From an uncultured Methanosarcinales archaeon (GTDB taxonomy: Archaea > Nanobdellota > Nanobdellia > Woesearchaeales > GW2011-AR4): 64,000 nt of DNA. How positions within the stretch are numbered: position 1 is the first letter of the stretch; every line of letters begins with the position of its first letter. The notes under the pieces were generated by a model. The model saw only the letters and a program-made list of their open reading frames with translations, searched no databases and had not been told where the DNA came from. Below, piece after piece: positions 37,507 through 44,786 of the stretch. The stretch spans positions 31,790 to 95,789 of the forward strand of contig CAYXZV010000001.1 of assembly GCA_964469645.1 (NCBI GenBank), written 5' to 3'. Both the position numbers and the translations under genes were made by a program.

Positions 37507-37662
37507 GGGCCTGTAGTTCAGCGGCTAGAACGTCGCCCTTACAAGGCGGAGGTCGTCGGTTCAAAACGATCTTTTACAAAAAGCTCGACCAAAAGTGTGC
37601 AATGCGGTATCTTCGATACCGCGGAACGACGTAAAAGATTGGTGGAAGTCCGATCGGGCCCA
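37507..37662 (+). tRNA. tRNA-Val (UAC) with an 83-nt intron in the T-loop (59/60)
   Basis: Manual cloverleaf. Acceptor GGGCCTG/CGGGCCC. D arm GTTC..GAAC. Anticodon arm TCGCC-CTTACAA-GGCGG. T stem GTCGG/CCGAT. Intron 37566-37648 is flanked by a BHB: a 4-bp helix TTCA/TGGA between 3-nt bulges AA|A and AG|T. Confidence 0.85.
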
Positions 37663-37674
37663 TTCATTTTTCAT

Positions 37675-37815
37675 GCGGCAGTTGTCCAGTGGTTAAGATT
37701 CGGCCTTGCCACGGCTTTTTAGGAAAAACCCGAGAAAAATCGGGCTTTTTGCTAAAGCAAAAAGGCTGAGACCCGAGATGCTTTTAGCACGGGATTTCGA
37801 ATCTCGGCTGCCGCA
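37675..37815 (+). tRNA. tRNA-Gly (GCC) with two introns (3' anticodon stem, about 51 nt; T arm 53/54, 18 nt)
   Basis: Acceptor GCGGCAG/CTGCCGC. Anticodon arm CGGCC-TTGCCAC-GGC[intron about 37716-37766]TG. Variable AGAC. T stem CCGAG [intron 37778-37795] TTCGAAT CTCGG. The first intron boundary is ambiguous because GGC is duplicated. Confidence 0.7.
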
Positions 37816-37892
37816 TTCATTATTTCGGAATTTCTCATTCAAAAAGAAATATTTATAAAAAAGAAGTTGATTCGTTCTCTCCTTTATACAAA

Positions 37893-38363
37893 ATGATTAC
37901 TGAAACAATATTACCAAAAATAATCGTAAAAAAATCAAGTATCCATGGTTCTGGAGTATTTGCAGCAGAACATATCAAAGAAGGCCAGAAAATTGTTGAG
38001 TATCAGGGAGAGAAAATACCTACTGAAGAAGGAGATAAGAGATCTGAGATTGATGAGAAGCTTACTTATATTTTTGTTTTGAATGATGAATATGATGTGG
38101 ATGGCAGCGTTAATGGGAATGAAGCGAGATTAGTAAATCATTCATGCGACCCTAACGCATATACTGACATAATTGATGATAAGATATGGATCATAGCGGA
38201 CAGAGACATTGCAGAAGGAGAAGAGATAGCATATGATTATAGTTTTGATGCAGATGAATTAGAAGAATGCCGTTGCGGTTCTGAGAAATGCAGAGGTTAT
38301 ATAAATGAACCTGATAGCGAAGATACAAAGAAATTGTTGGAGAAGAATGGCAAAAAGGTTTAA
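37893..38363 (+). CDS. SET-domain protein-lysine methyltransferase
   Basis: NHSCDPN, the EELxYDY-like EEIAYDY, and post-SET CRCGSEKCRG. Confidence 0.85.
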   Translation: MITETILPKIIVKKSSIHGSGVFAAEHIKEGQKIVEYQGEKIPTEEGDKRSEIDEKLTYIFVLNDEYDVDGSVNGNEARLVNHSCDPNAYTDIIDDKIWIIADRDIAEGEEIAYDYSFDADELEECRCGSEKCRGYINEPDSEDTKKLLEKNGKKV

Positions 38364-38424
38364 ATATTGATGATGTTTCTATTATCTTGCAAGCGACAAA
38401 TGAGTAAACTCATTTGCAATTCAC

Positions 38425-38658
38425 GGGCCCGTAGCTCAGTCTGGTTAGAGCGCCGTTTTTCAGAGATTATTTTCTGATGAGCGTAAGTCTTATATGGCCA
38501 CTAGTGGTGCAAAAATTTAAGCCATTAGGGAGCTAAGCCAGCCGGAGGTCAGGAGTTCAAAACAAATTTTTACAAAAAATTTGACTAAAAGTATGCAATG
38601 CGATATCTTTGATATCGCGGAACGATGTAAAAGTTTGATGAAAGTCTCCCCGGGCCCA
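38425..38658 (+). tRNA. tRNA, isotype unresolved, with two introns (about 76 nt in the 5' anticodon stem; 83 nt in T-loop 59/60)
   Basis: Acceptor GGGCCCG/CGGGCCC. D arm GCTC-AGTCTGGTTA-GAGC. 3' anticodon stem GCCGG, variable AGGTC, T arm AGGAG-TTCAAA[38562-38644]T-CTCCC. The 5' stem has only CCG before the interruption at 38456. The simplest join gives the loop TAAGCCA, which lacks U33. Confidence 0.7.
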
Positions 38659-38660
38659 CT

Positions 38661-39101
38661 TTATTTTTTAATTAATTTCTTCATCCTTTGAGAATGTAGA
38701 ATTTTATCTAAGACTTTTAAAAATGGCTCACTTTGCTCTACAGGAACTGTGATAGAATGTTCATGAACCCATTCATTTTCAACTTTTTTCTTTTTTTGTA
38801 TCAATAAATATCTTCCATATTCGTTTTCTAGAATATCGAACCATATCGTTTTGTTATTATAATTTAGCTTTTCAAAATCAAGATGATTAACTCTATGGTT
38901 AGGATAATAGACTTTAGTAACGCCAAATTGTTTCATATATATCTCATTCTCGAGAATTAAAATTTGTAGGTGTTTTTCAATAGCTTTTCTAGAGAATTTA
39001 GTGCCTCGCACTAGTTCTGTCATTGTCTGTCCTTTGGTATTATTTCTTAAAAATTGGAGAACTTTCTCATGCATTGTTTTTTCTTTTTTTGCCGGATACA
39101 T
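38661..39101 (-). CDS. Winged-helix DNA-binding protein
   Basis: N-terminal wHTH-like VLQFLRNNTKGQTMTELVRGTKFSRKAIEKHLQILILENEIY. The stop lies 2 nt from the tRNA 3' end. Confidence 0.6.
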   Translation of the reverse strand: MYPAKKEKTMHEKVLQFLRNNTKGQTMTELVRGTKFSRKAIEKHLQILILENEIYMKQFGVTKVYYPNHRVNHLDFEKLNYNNKTIWFDILENEYGRYLLIQKKKKVENEWVHEHSITVPVEQSEPFLKVLDKILHSQRMKKLIKK

Positions 39102-39183
39102 CTTAATATATGTTATTAAGTACCATAATCTTTATATATTTATTGTTACTTATATTGGTTACCAATAGTGGTACTTAATCAAA

Positions 39184-39381
39184 ATGAAAATAAAATTTCA
39201 AAATATAGGTTGGAAAAGTAAAGTAGCACAGAAAAGAGCTACTTTTAGTGTTTCTATCAATAAGTTAGTTGCTATTGGTTGTATGATAGAGAAAGGTAAG
39301 GAATTGTATTGTTATTTAGCAGAAGACAAAGAAAATAGGCCTTTAATGCTTGTGTATTTAGATGGAAAAAAGAAAGTGTAA
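39184..39381 (+). CDS. Hypothetical small protein
   Basis: ORF track only. The stop abuts the tRNA-like element. Confidence 0.4.
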   Translation: MKIKFQNIGWKSKVAQKRATFSVSINKLVAIGCMIEKGKELYCYLAEDKENRPLMLVYLDGKKKV

Positions 39382-39382
39382 A

Positions 39383-39453
39383 GCCCGTGCTACTGGATGT
39401 AGACGAGATCTCCGCAAGATTTTGAATTGGGTTCGATTCCCAACACGGGCGCA
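39383..39453 (+). tRNA. Degenerate tRNA-like element (possible att remnant or element-borne tRNA)
   Basis: Acceptor GCCCGTG/CACGGGC. Good T arm TTGGG-TTCGATT-CCCAA. Anticodon-like arm AGATC-TCCGCAA-GATTT, but with C at position 33, a shortened D region and a 3-nt variable loop. Confidence 0.35.
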
Positions 39454-39562
39454 CTTATTACATACAAAAGCAAGCTTATATTTAAATGTTATGCGTATGT
39501 TTTTGTACCCGCAAAAACGTACGTTATGGTTATTTAAGTAAATCTGATCTTTATTACTAAAT

Positions 39563-39886
39563 ATGAAAAAAGTGCAAAAAAATCCATTTAGAATATCAAA
39601 GAATGTCTCAAGTAAAGATTTTATTACAGCAATTTTTAAACTTAAAAAAGAACATCTAATGATAATACCGTATGAAATTAGTAAAGCTTTTGGTATACAG
39701 ATCGATGATATTGCAATATTTGAATCTTCAGATAAATTTGTTAAAATCAAATTTGTTAAAAAGACAATGTTTGGTTTTGTAAAAGATTTGGATATTGAAA
39801 AATTATTGAAAAATAAAAAAATAAAGTTTAGTTTAGTTAGAGGAAATGTAGAAAATGATTCTATTATTTTCAGGAAAAAAGGGTGA
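39563..39886 (+). CDS. Hypothetical protein, possible AbrB/SpoVT-like fold
   Basis: The segment IIPYEISKAFGIQIDDIAIFESSDKFVKIKF weakly resembles a swapped-hairpin motif. Confidence 0.4.
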   Translation: MKKVQKNPFRISKNVSSKDFITAIFKLKKEHLMIIPYEISKAFGIQIDDIAIFESSDKFVKIKFVKKTMFGFVKDLDIEKLLKNKKIKFSLVRGNVENDSIIFRKKG

Positions 39887-39974
39887 AGAAAAAAATGGAC
39901 ACACATTGATAGACCAGCTCTAGTTGAGCGAATTAATCAAAGGCAAGGCCGTCTTTGGTTAGTATGTCTGGAGT

Positions 39975-40190
39975 GTGTCCAGAGTGAAGAAGAAACTACT
40001 AGAATGTGATATACATGACCTAACATTATTTAGATGTAAAAGAAGATGTTGGCAAAGTGGCGGTAAAAAAGATAAAAGTTACTCAGATGAATATACAGAA
40101 AAATGTTTCAAATGCATAGGTGAAGGAAGATACAAAAAAGGTGTTAAGCTAATGCAAAAAAAGAAAAGACATGTGTATGTTAAAATATGA
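39975..40190 (+). CDS. Hypothetical Cys-containing basic protein
   Basis: ORF track only, non-ATG start. Confidence 0.3.
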   Translation: MSRVKKKLLECDIHDLTLFRCKRRCWQSGGKKDKSYSDEYTEKCFKCIGEGRYKKGVKLMQKKKRHVYVKI

Positions 40191-40273
40191 TGCAAGTTGG
40201 GTATTGTCTTCATCTGAAGTTTGGGATTGGGAATGATCGAACCACAAAAATTAGGTGTTGTTGATGGTCTCAA

Positions 40274-40477
40274 ATGGGTTATACAAAAGAACACACAGAA
40301 GACGAATGTGATAAATGTCTAAAAAATGTTGGTAAGAATAATTTAACCCCCGTCCCATTTTTATATTTGGATGTGAATGACAGGATACATCCTGATTTAA
40401 GTAGTGGTTATCATCAATATTATGTATGTAAAAGATGCTATAAAATAGAATTGAGAACAGTTAAAAGTGGATACTAA
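40274..40477 (+). CDS. Small zinc-ribbon protein
   Basis: CDKC ... CKRC paired CxxC motifs. Confidence 0.5.
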   Translation: MGYTKEHTEDECDKCLKNVGKNNLTPVPFLYLDVNDRIHPDLSSGYHQYYVCKRCYKIELRTVKSGY

Positions 40478-40479
40478 AA

Positions 40480-40920
40480 ATGAAAAATAAGTTACAAGAA
40501 AAATTGTTTAGCAAATATCCTAAGATATTCAGACAGAAAGATTTGCCTATGACTCAAACTTGCATGTGTTTTGGGATAGATTGTGGTGATGGGTGGTATT
40601 GGCTGTTAGACATGCTTTGTGGATGTATTCAAAGTTATATTGATAATAATTCAGAGGTACATCAAGTAGAAGCATCACAAGTCAAGCAGAAATTCGGAGG
40701 ATTGAGATTTTATACAGAGGGTGGCGATGAAAATACATGCGGAACTATTGAGTTAGCTGAACACATGAGTTATCATATCTGTGAAAGATGCGGTTCAACA
40801 GAATGCATTCCACCTCAAAAAACAACTAAGGGTTGGATTAGTACCATTTGTAATAAATGTATCAAAGAAAAAAAGGTGAGTTTAAAGAATGAAAAAACTC
40901 CAAGAAAATTATCAGAATAA
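40480..40920 (+). CDS. Phage-type Cys-rich protein
   Basis: The pattern CFGIDCGDGWYWLL ... QVKQKFGGLRFY ... ICERCG ... WISTICNKC is one I recognise from bacterial prophage proteins of unknown function. Confidence 0.6.
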   Translation: MKNKLQEKLFSKYPKIFRQKDLPMTQTCMCFGIDCGDGWYWLLDMLCGCIQSYIDNNSEVHQVEASQVKQKFGGLRFYTEGGDENTCGTIELAEHMSYHICERCGSTECIPPQKTTKGWISTICNKCIKEKKVSLKNEKTPRKLSE

Positions 40921-41665
40921 ATCCGAGATGAACTTATCAAATATTTGTCAAAATCTTGCAAAAAGAGATAAAAATGTATTGTCGGTTATTTTAAGTGGTT
41001 CTAGGGCTAGGGGTGATTATAGAGAAAATAGTGATTATGATCTTACGTTTGTCACTAAATCTCCGATTAAGAATTACGATGAAGAATTAACAATTGAACA
41101 TAATTATAAAAACAAAATTAGTGAAAAAACAAAGATAGACAGAGATCTAATTCAAGTTTCTGTGTGGTCTTTTAACGGTTTCAAGAAAGAATACAAAAGA
41201 GGCAATAGTTTTGTATATTGTGCTTTAAGGGATGGAAAAATCCTTTTTTCAAGGTCAAAAATAAATTTCAAGAAACCAACCAATTTCCGACAATATGCTT
41301 TAGATAGATTAGACCTTGCTAAAAGAAATATTGAAGATATAAAATTTTCCTTAAAATACTATAAGGAACCTACACCACGCTCTCGTGAATTAGAGGATTT
41401 AGGATACATTTCGATGCATCTTTGCTGGGCAGTATGTATGTTCAATAATCATTGTCCTATCTCTAAATATACTGTCTTAAAAGAATGCAGAAAATATTTT
41501 AGTGAAAATGAGTTAGTACATATTAAAAAGGCATATCAATTATATGCTAAAAAAGGTAGTAAAAAACTCCATAGGAAAACATTCTTGGTTTTGTTTAATA
41601 ATTTGAAAAAAACTATGAAAAGAGTTGAGAAAAAATATGTTGAAAAACAAGAAATATTTGACTGA
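40889..41665 (+). CDS. Nucleotidyltransferase-domain protein with a C-terminal helical (HEPN-like) domain
   Basis: GSRARGDYRENSDYDL (GS-x-DxD minimal NTase motif). The helical C-terminal half has no clear RxxxxH motif. Confidence 0.6.
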   Translation: MKKLQENYQNKSEMNLSNICQNLAKRDKNVLSVILSGSRARGDYRENSDYDLTFVTKSPIKNYDEELTIEHNYKNKISEKTKIDRDLIQVSVWSFNGFKKEYKRGNSFVYCALRDGKILFSRSKINFKKPTNFRQYALDRLDLAKRNIEDIKFSLKYYKEPTPRSRELEDLGYISMHLCWAVCMFNNHCPISKYTVLKECRKYFSENELVHIKKAYQLYAKKGSKKLHRKTFLVLFNNLKKTMKRVEKKYVEKQEIFD

Positions 41666-41813
41666 AGAGGAAGTTAAGGAGTATCTTTGGAAAGAATTTA
41701 AAAAATTTATGAAAGGACAAACAAATATGGTAGATACAAAAGGAAAACATCTTTATTATAGATGGGATGTAGATAATTTTTTAACAAATCCAGAAAAAAG
41801 ATTTTTTGATTAG
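41637..41813 (+). CDS. Small phage-like protein
   Basis: Start moved to ATG. The pattern FKKFMKGQT..VD.KGKHLYYRWDVDNFL resembles small phage proteins. Confidence 0.4.
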   Translation: MLKNKKYLTEEEVKEYLWKEFKKFMKGQTNMVDTKGKHLYYRWDVDNFLTNPEKRFFD

Positions 41814-41827
41814 AACGATGATTGAAT

Positions 41828-42046
41828 ATGAAAAGACAAGCAATGCAAGTTTCAATAAAAGAATTGGAAGATACAATTAAATGTTTAAAAAAAGAAAAAT
41901 TGGAAATTAAAAGAAAAACCGGAATTGAGTACCCAAAAGATAAGAAGTTTCAAGTGAATATTATAAATAAAGAACCAAAATGTTCAGATACCTGGGAATT
42001 TGAACAAAAGAAAGAAATAAATAGAAGAAGATATAACCCAATTTAA
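41828..42046 (+). CDS. Hypothetical small protein
   Basis: ORF track, start moved to ATG. Confidence 0.35.
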   Translation: MKRQAMQVSIKELEDTIKCLKKEKLEIKRKTGIEYPKDKKFQVNIINKEPKCSDTWEFEQKKEINRRRYNPI

Positions 42047-42076
42047 ATAGAAAAGTACAGATGCAGACTGATTAAT

Positions 42077-42535
42077 ATGAAAACTAATCAAGATAAGGCT
42101 TTAGTTGTGTTTCAAGGCAAGCAGATTAGAAGAATATGGTACAAGGATAGTTGGTTTTTCTCTGTTATTGATGTTGTAGAAGTATTGACAGGAAGTTCAA
42201 TTCCTAAGAGGTATTGGTCTGATCTTAAGATAAAGCTTAAAGAAGAAGGATTTGAGATGTACGATATTATCGTACGGTTGAAAATACAGGCTCCTGATGG
42301 GAAACTTAGAGAGACAGACTGCGCAAGTACAGAGACTATATTCAGAATTATCCAGTCTATTCCGTCACCGAAAGCAGAACCATTCAAAAGATGGTTAGCT
42401 GAAGTTGGCTATGAGAGAGTGCAAGAGATAGAAAATCCTGAACTTGCTCAAGATAGAGCAAAAGAGTACTATGAACTAAAAGGCTACCCTAAGGATTGGA
42501 TTGATAAGAGACTTAGGGGAATCGCTGTAATTTAG
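42077..42535 (+). CDS. Bro-N domain protein (prophage antirepressor-like), apparently C-terminally truncated
   Basis: FQGKQIRRIWYKDSWFFSVIDVVEVLT ... PKAEPFKRWLAEV is a Bro-N signature. The ORF ends at RLRGIAVI, where relatives continue. Confidence 0.7.
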   Translation: MKTNQDKALVVFQGKQIRRIWYKDSWFFSVIDVVEVLTGSSIPKRYWSDLKIKLKEEGFEMYDIIVRLKIQAPDGKLRETDCASTETIFRIIQSIPSPKAEPFKRWLAEVGYERVQEIENPELAQDRAKEYYELKGYPKDWIDKRLRGIAVI

Positions 42536-42546
42536 ATTTGCAAAAA

Positions 42547-43404
42547 ATGAAAAAAGATATTATTACTAAACTTAGAAAATCTTTTGAAGATTATGTAAAT
42601 GAAGCTGATGGTTTAGAATTCTGGTTTGCTAGAGATTTGCAAAAACTTCTTGATTATGATGAATGGAGAAATTTTGTCAATGTTATAGAAAAAGCAAAAA
42701 TAACATGCGGAAAATCAAGACAAAATATTTCTGACCATTTTGTTGATGTCAACAAAAAGGTCAAGATTGGTTCTGAAGCAGAAAGGGAAATTAATGATAT
42801 CATGCTTACAAGATATGCATGCTATCTTATTGCACAAAATGGAGATCCTAGAAAAGAGCAGATAGCTTTTGCTCAAAGTTATTTTGCTGTACAAACAAGG
42901 AAACAAGAATTGATTGAAGAAAGAATAGCTTTAGTTGAAAGATTAGGTGCAAGGCAAAAGCTTGTAGCTTCTGAAACTGAACTTTCTAAGCTTATCTATG
43001 AAAAAGGAGTTGATGAAGCAGGATTTGCAAGGATAAGGAGCAAAGGTGATAAAGCGTTATTTGGTGGTTTTACAACTTCTATGATGAAAGGTAAGCTTAA
43101 AATACCTAAGAGTAGGCCTTTGGCAGATTTTCTTCCAACAATAACAATAACAGCTAAGAATCTAGCAACAGAAATTACTAATTTTAACGTCAAGAAGAGC
43201 AGCTTACTTGGTGAAGATAACATCACAAATGAGCATGTAAGGAACAATTGGGAAGTAAGGGGGTTGTTGTCAAAAAGAGGGATAAAACCAGAAGAGTTGC
43301 CTCCTGAGGAAGATATTAAAAAGCTTGAAAGAAGAGTTAAGAAAGATGAGGAAATGATTGCAGTTGATTCAAAAAGTGGAAAGAAAAAATTGCTTAAAAA
43401 ATAA
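42547..43404 (+). CDS. DinD-like DNA-damage-inducible protein family member
   Basis: LEFWFARDLQKLLDYDEWRNFVNVIEKAK ... LTRYACYLIAQNGDPRKEQIAFAQSYFAVQTRKQE matches the DinD family pattern. Confidence 0.7.
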   Translation: MKKDIITKLRKSFEDYVNEADGLEFWFARDLQKLLDYDEWRNFVNVIEKAKITCGKSRQNISDHFVDVNKKVKIGSEAEREINDIMLTRYACYLIAQNGDPRKEQIAFAQSYFAVQTRKQELIEERIALVERLGARQKLVASETELSKLIYEKGVDEAGFARIRSKGDKALFGGFTTSMMKGKLKIPKSRPLADFLPTITITAKNLATEITNFNVKKSSLLGEDNITNEHVRNNWEVRGLLSKRGIKPEELPPEEDIKKLERRVKKDEEMIAVDSKSGKKKLLKK

Positions 43405-43462
43405 AAGTATAAAAGTTTAAAATAACAAATTTTAAGAATGCATTACTTTTTCTTATTATTGT

Positions 43463-43684
43463 GCTCCCATGGTGTAGTCCGGCCCAGCGGGAAATCTAGG
43501 ATTTCCTAGGTTTGTCTTGGGGACAAACAATCATCTCGGCCTCTCGCGCCGAGGACTCGGGTTCAAAACAGCTTTTTTGCCAAGGCAAAAAACCTGGGAA
43601 AATGCAGCTCACTTCCCGTTGGTCGTTCGCCTAGGATTTTGCTTCGCAAAATCAAAGAAGCTGATGAAAGTCCCGATGGGAGCA
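43463..43684 (+). tRNA. tRNA-Glu (CUC) with two introns (D-loop about 44 nt; T-loop 59/60, 103 nt)
   Basis: Acceptor GCTCCCA/TGGGAGC. D region GGTGTAGTCCGGCC[about 43485-43528]AATCAT. Anticodon arm TCGGC-CTCTCGC-GCCGA. T arm TCGGG-TTCAAA[43568-43670]T-CCCGA. The T-loop intron ends CTGATGAAAG, like the other two. Confidence 0.85.
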
Positions 43685-43774
43685 TTTATTTTTTCTGTTT
43701 TGTAGGCCTTTTCTGAATAGATAAATTTTTAAATGATTTCTTCTATGGATTATAAAAGCATTAAAAAGAGGAAA

Positions 43775-44779
43775 ATGAGCTTATTTTCAAATTTATTCAA
43801 AAAAAAAGAGAAGTTAACTAAAGAACAGATAGATGCAATAGATGCAAAAGTAGAGGAAACTAAGAAGAAATATTCTAAAAAAGAAAAATCAAGTGCTGAG
43901 CTGCCAAAGCATGTCGTTAAGAAGATTAAAAATGATACTCTTGAGCATCATCACAAACAGATTCTAAAGCAAAGAATAGAGCCTCATGAAACCATAAAAA
44001 AATCAGAACATCCTGAGAAGGAGAATATGCATAAGGGGCATGTCCATGATTTTGTTAAGACTGGAATTGTAGGTTTTGATGAGCTGATTGATGATGGGAT
44101 ACCTAAAGGTGCTGCTACATTGCTTTGTGGAGGTCCGGGTTCTGGAAAGACTATAATGGGATTGCAAATGTTGCATAATGCTGCATTGAAAGGAGAAAAA
44201 TGCATTTACATGACTTTTGAGGAGAATGAAGATAAATTAAGACAGCATATGGAAGATTTCGGGTGGGATTGGAAGAAATTAGAGAAAAGCGGGAATTTTA
44301 TAATTAAGAGATATGATCCTTTCTCGATAACAAGAGCTGTTGAAGCATTACTGGAAAAAGCAAAAGGAGAATTAATGATTGATGTAGCCCCTGTTTTATT
44401 TCCAAAGGGTTTTAAGCCAGAATGGGTAGTTATTGATTCGGTAACAGCTATTGCATCAGCATTTTATGGAAGAGAAGAGACCTATAGGATTTATATTGAA
44501 CAATTGTTTAGATTGCTAGAAGGTGTAGGGGCTACTTCCTTTTTAATAACAGAATCAAACCAAATTCCGTTAAAAATAACTGAGAGTGGAGTAGAAGAAT
44601 TTTTGGCAGATGGTGTTATTATTCTCTATAATATGAAATCTGGAAACGTAAGGGAAAGTGCAATTGAAGTTTTGAAATTAAGGGGCACAAGCTTCCAAAA
44701 GAAGATAGTGGCCATGAAAGTTGAAAGTGACAAAGGAATAGTGGTTTATCCAGAACAGGAAGTGTTTGGCGGGACTTAA
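43775..44779 (+). CDS. Single-domain KaiC/RadA-like ATPase with an N-terminal amphipathic, Lys-rich extension
   Basis: GFDELIDDGIPKGAATLLCGGPGSGKT Walker A. VVIDSV Walker B-like. N-terminus MSLFSNLFKKKEKLTKEQIDAIDAKVEE. Start moved to the ATG at 43775. Confidence 0.8.
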   Translation: MSLFSNLFKKKEKLTKEQIDAIDAKVEETKKKYSKKEKSSAELPKHVVKKIKNDTLEHHHKQILKQRIEPHETIKKSEHPEKENMHKGHVHDFVKTGIVGFDELIDDGIPKGAATLLCGGPGSGKTIMGLQMLHNAALKGEKCIYMTFEENEDKLRQHMEDFGWDWKKLEKSGNFIIKRYDPFSITRAVEALLEKAKGELMIDVAPVLFPKGFKPEWVVIDSVTAIASAFYGREETYRIYIEQLFRLLEGVGATSFLITESNQIPLKITESGVEEFLADGVIILYNMKSGNVRESAIEVLKLRGTSFQKKIVAMKVESDKGIVVYPEQEVFGGT

Positions 44780-44786
44780 ACAAAAA

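Larger units (their letters stand above)
38659..43462. mobile_element. Putative remnant of an integrated virus/plasmid between two tRNA genes
   Basis: Begins immediately after a tRNA 3' end and ends before tRNA-Glu. Contains small zinc-ribbon ORFs, a phage-type Cys-rich protein family, Bro-N and DinD-like genes, an NTase fusion and a tRNA-like element. No integrase is recognisable. Confidence 0.45.

Noticed and set aside
37441-37722. 93-aa ORF across the tRNA-Val / tRNA-Gly region (likewise 43517-43705 across tRNA-Glu)
   Set aside because: The sequence folds into canonical tRNA arms with BHB-flanked introns. The ORFs exist only because these GC-richer RNA genes lack stop codons.
38455-38475. 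Reading TTTCAGA as an anticodon loop (UCA, opal-suppressor or Sec-like) in the unresolved tRNA
   Set aside because: The flanking bases (CCGTT / GATTA) cannot form an anticodon stem. There is also no long variable arm or 9/4 acceptor/T geometry.
39358-39906. 182-aa minus-strand ORF in the island
   Set aside because: It has a low-complexity Phe/Ile/Leu/Asn composition. It overlaps the tRNA-like element and the better-supported plus-strand ORF 39563-39886.
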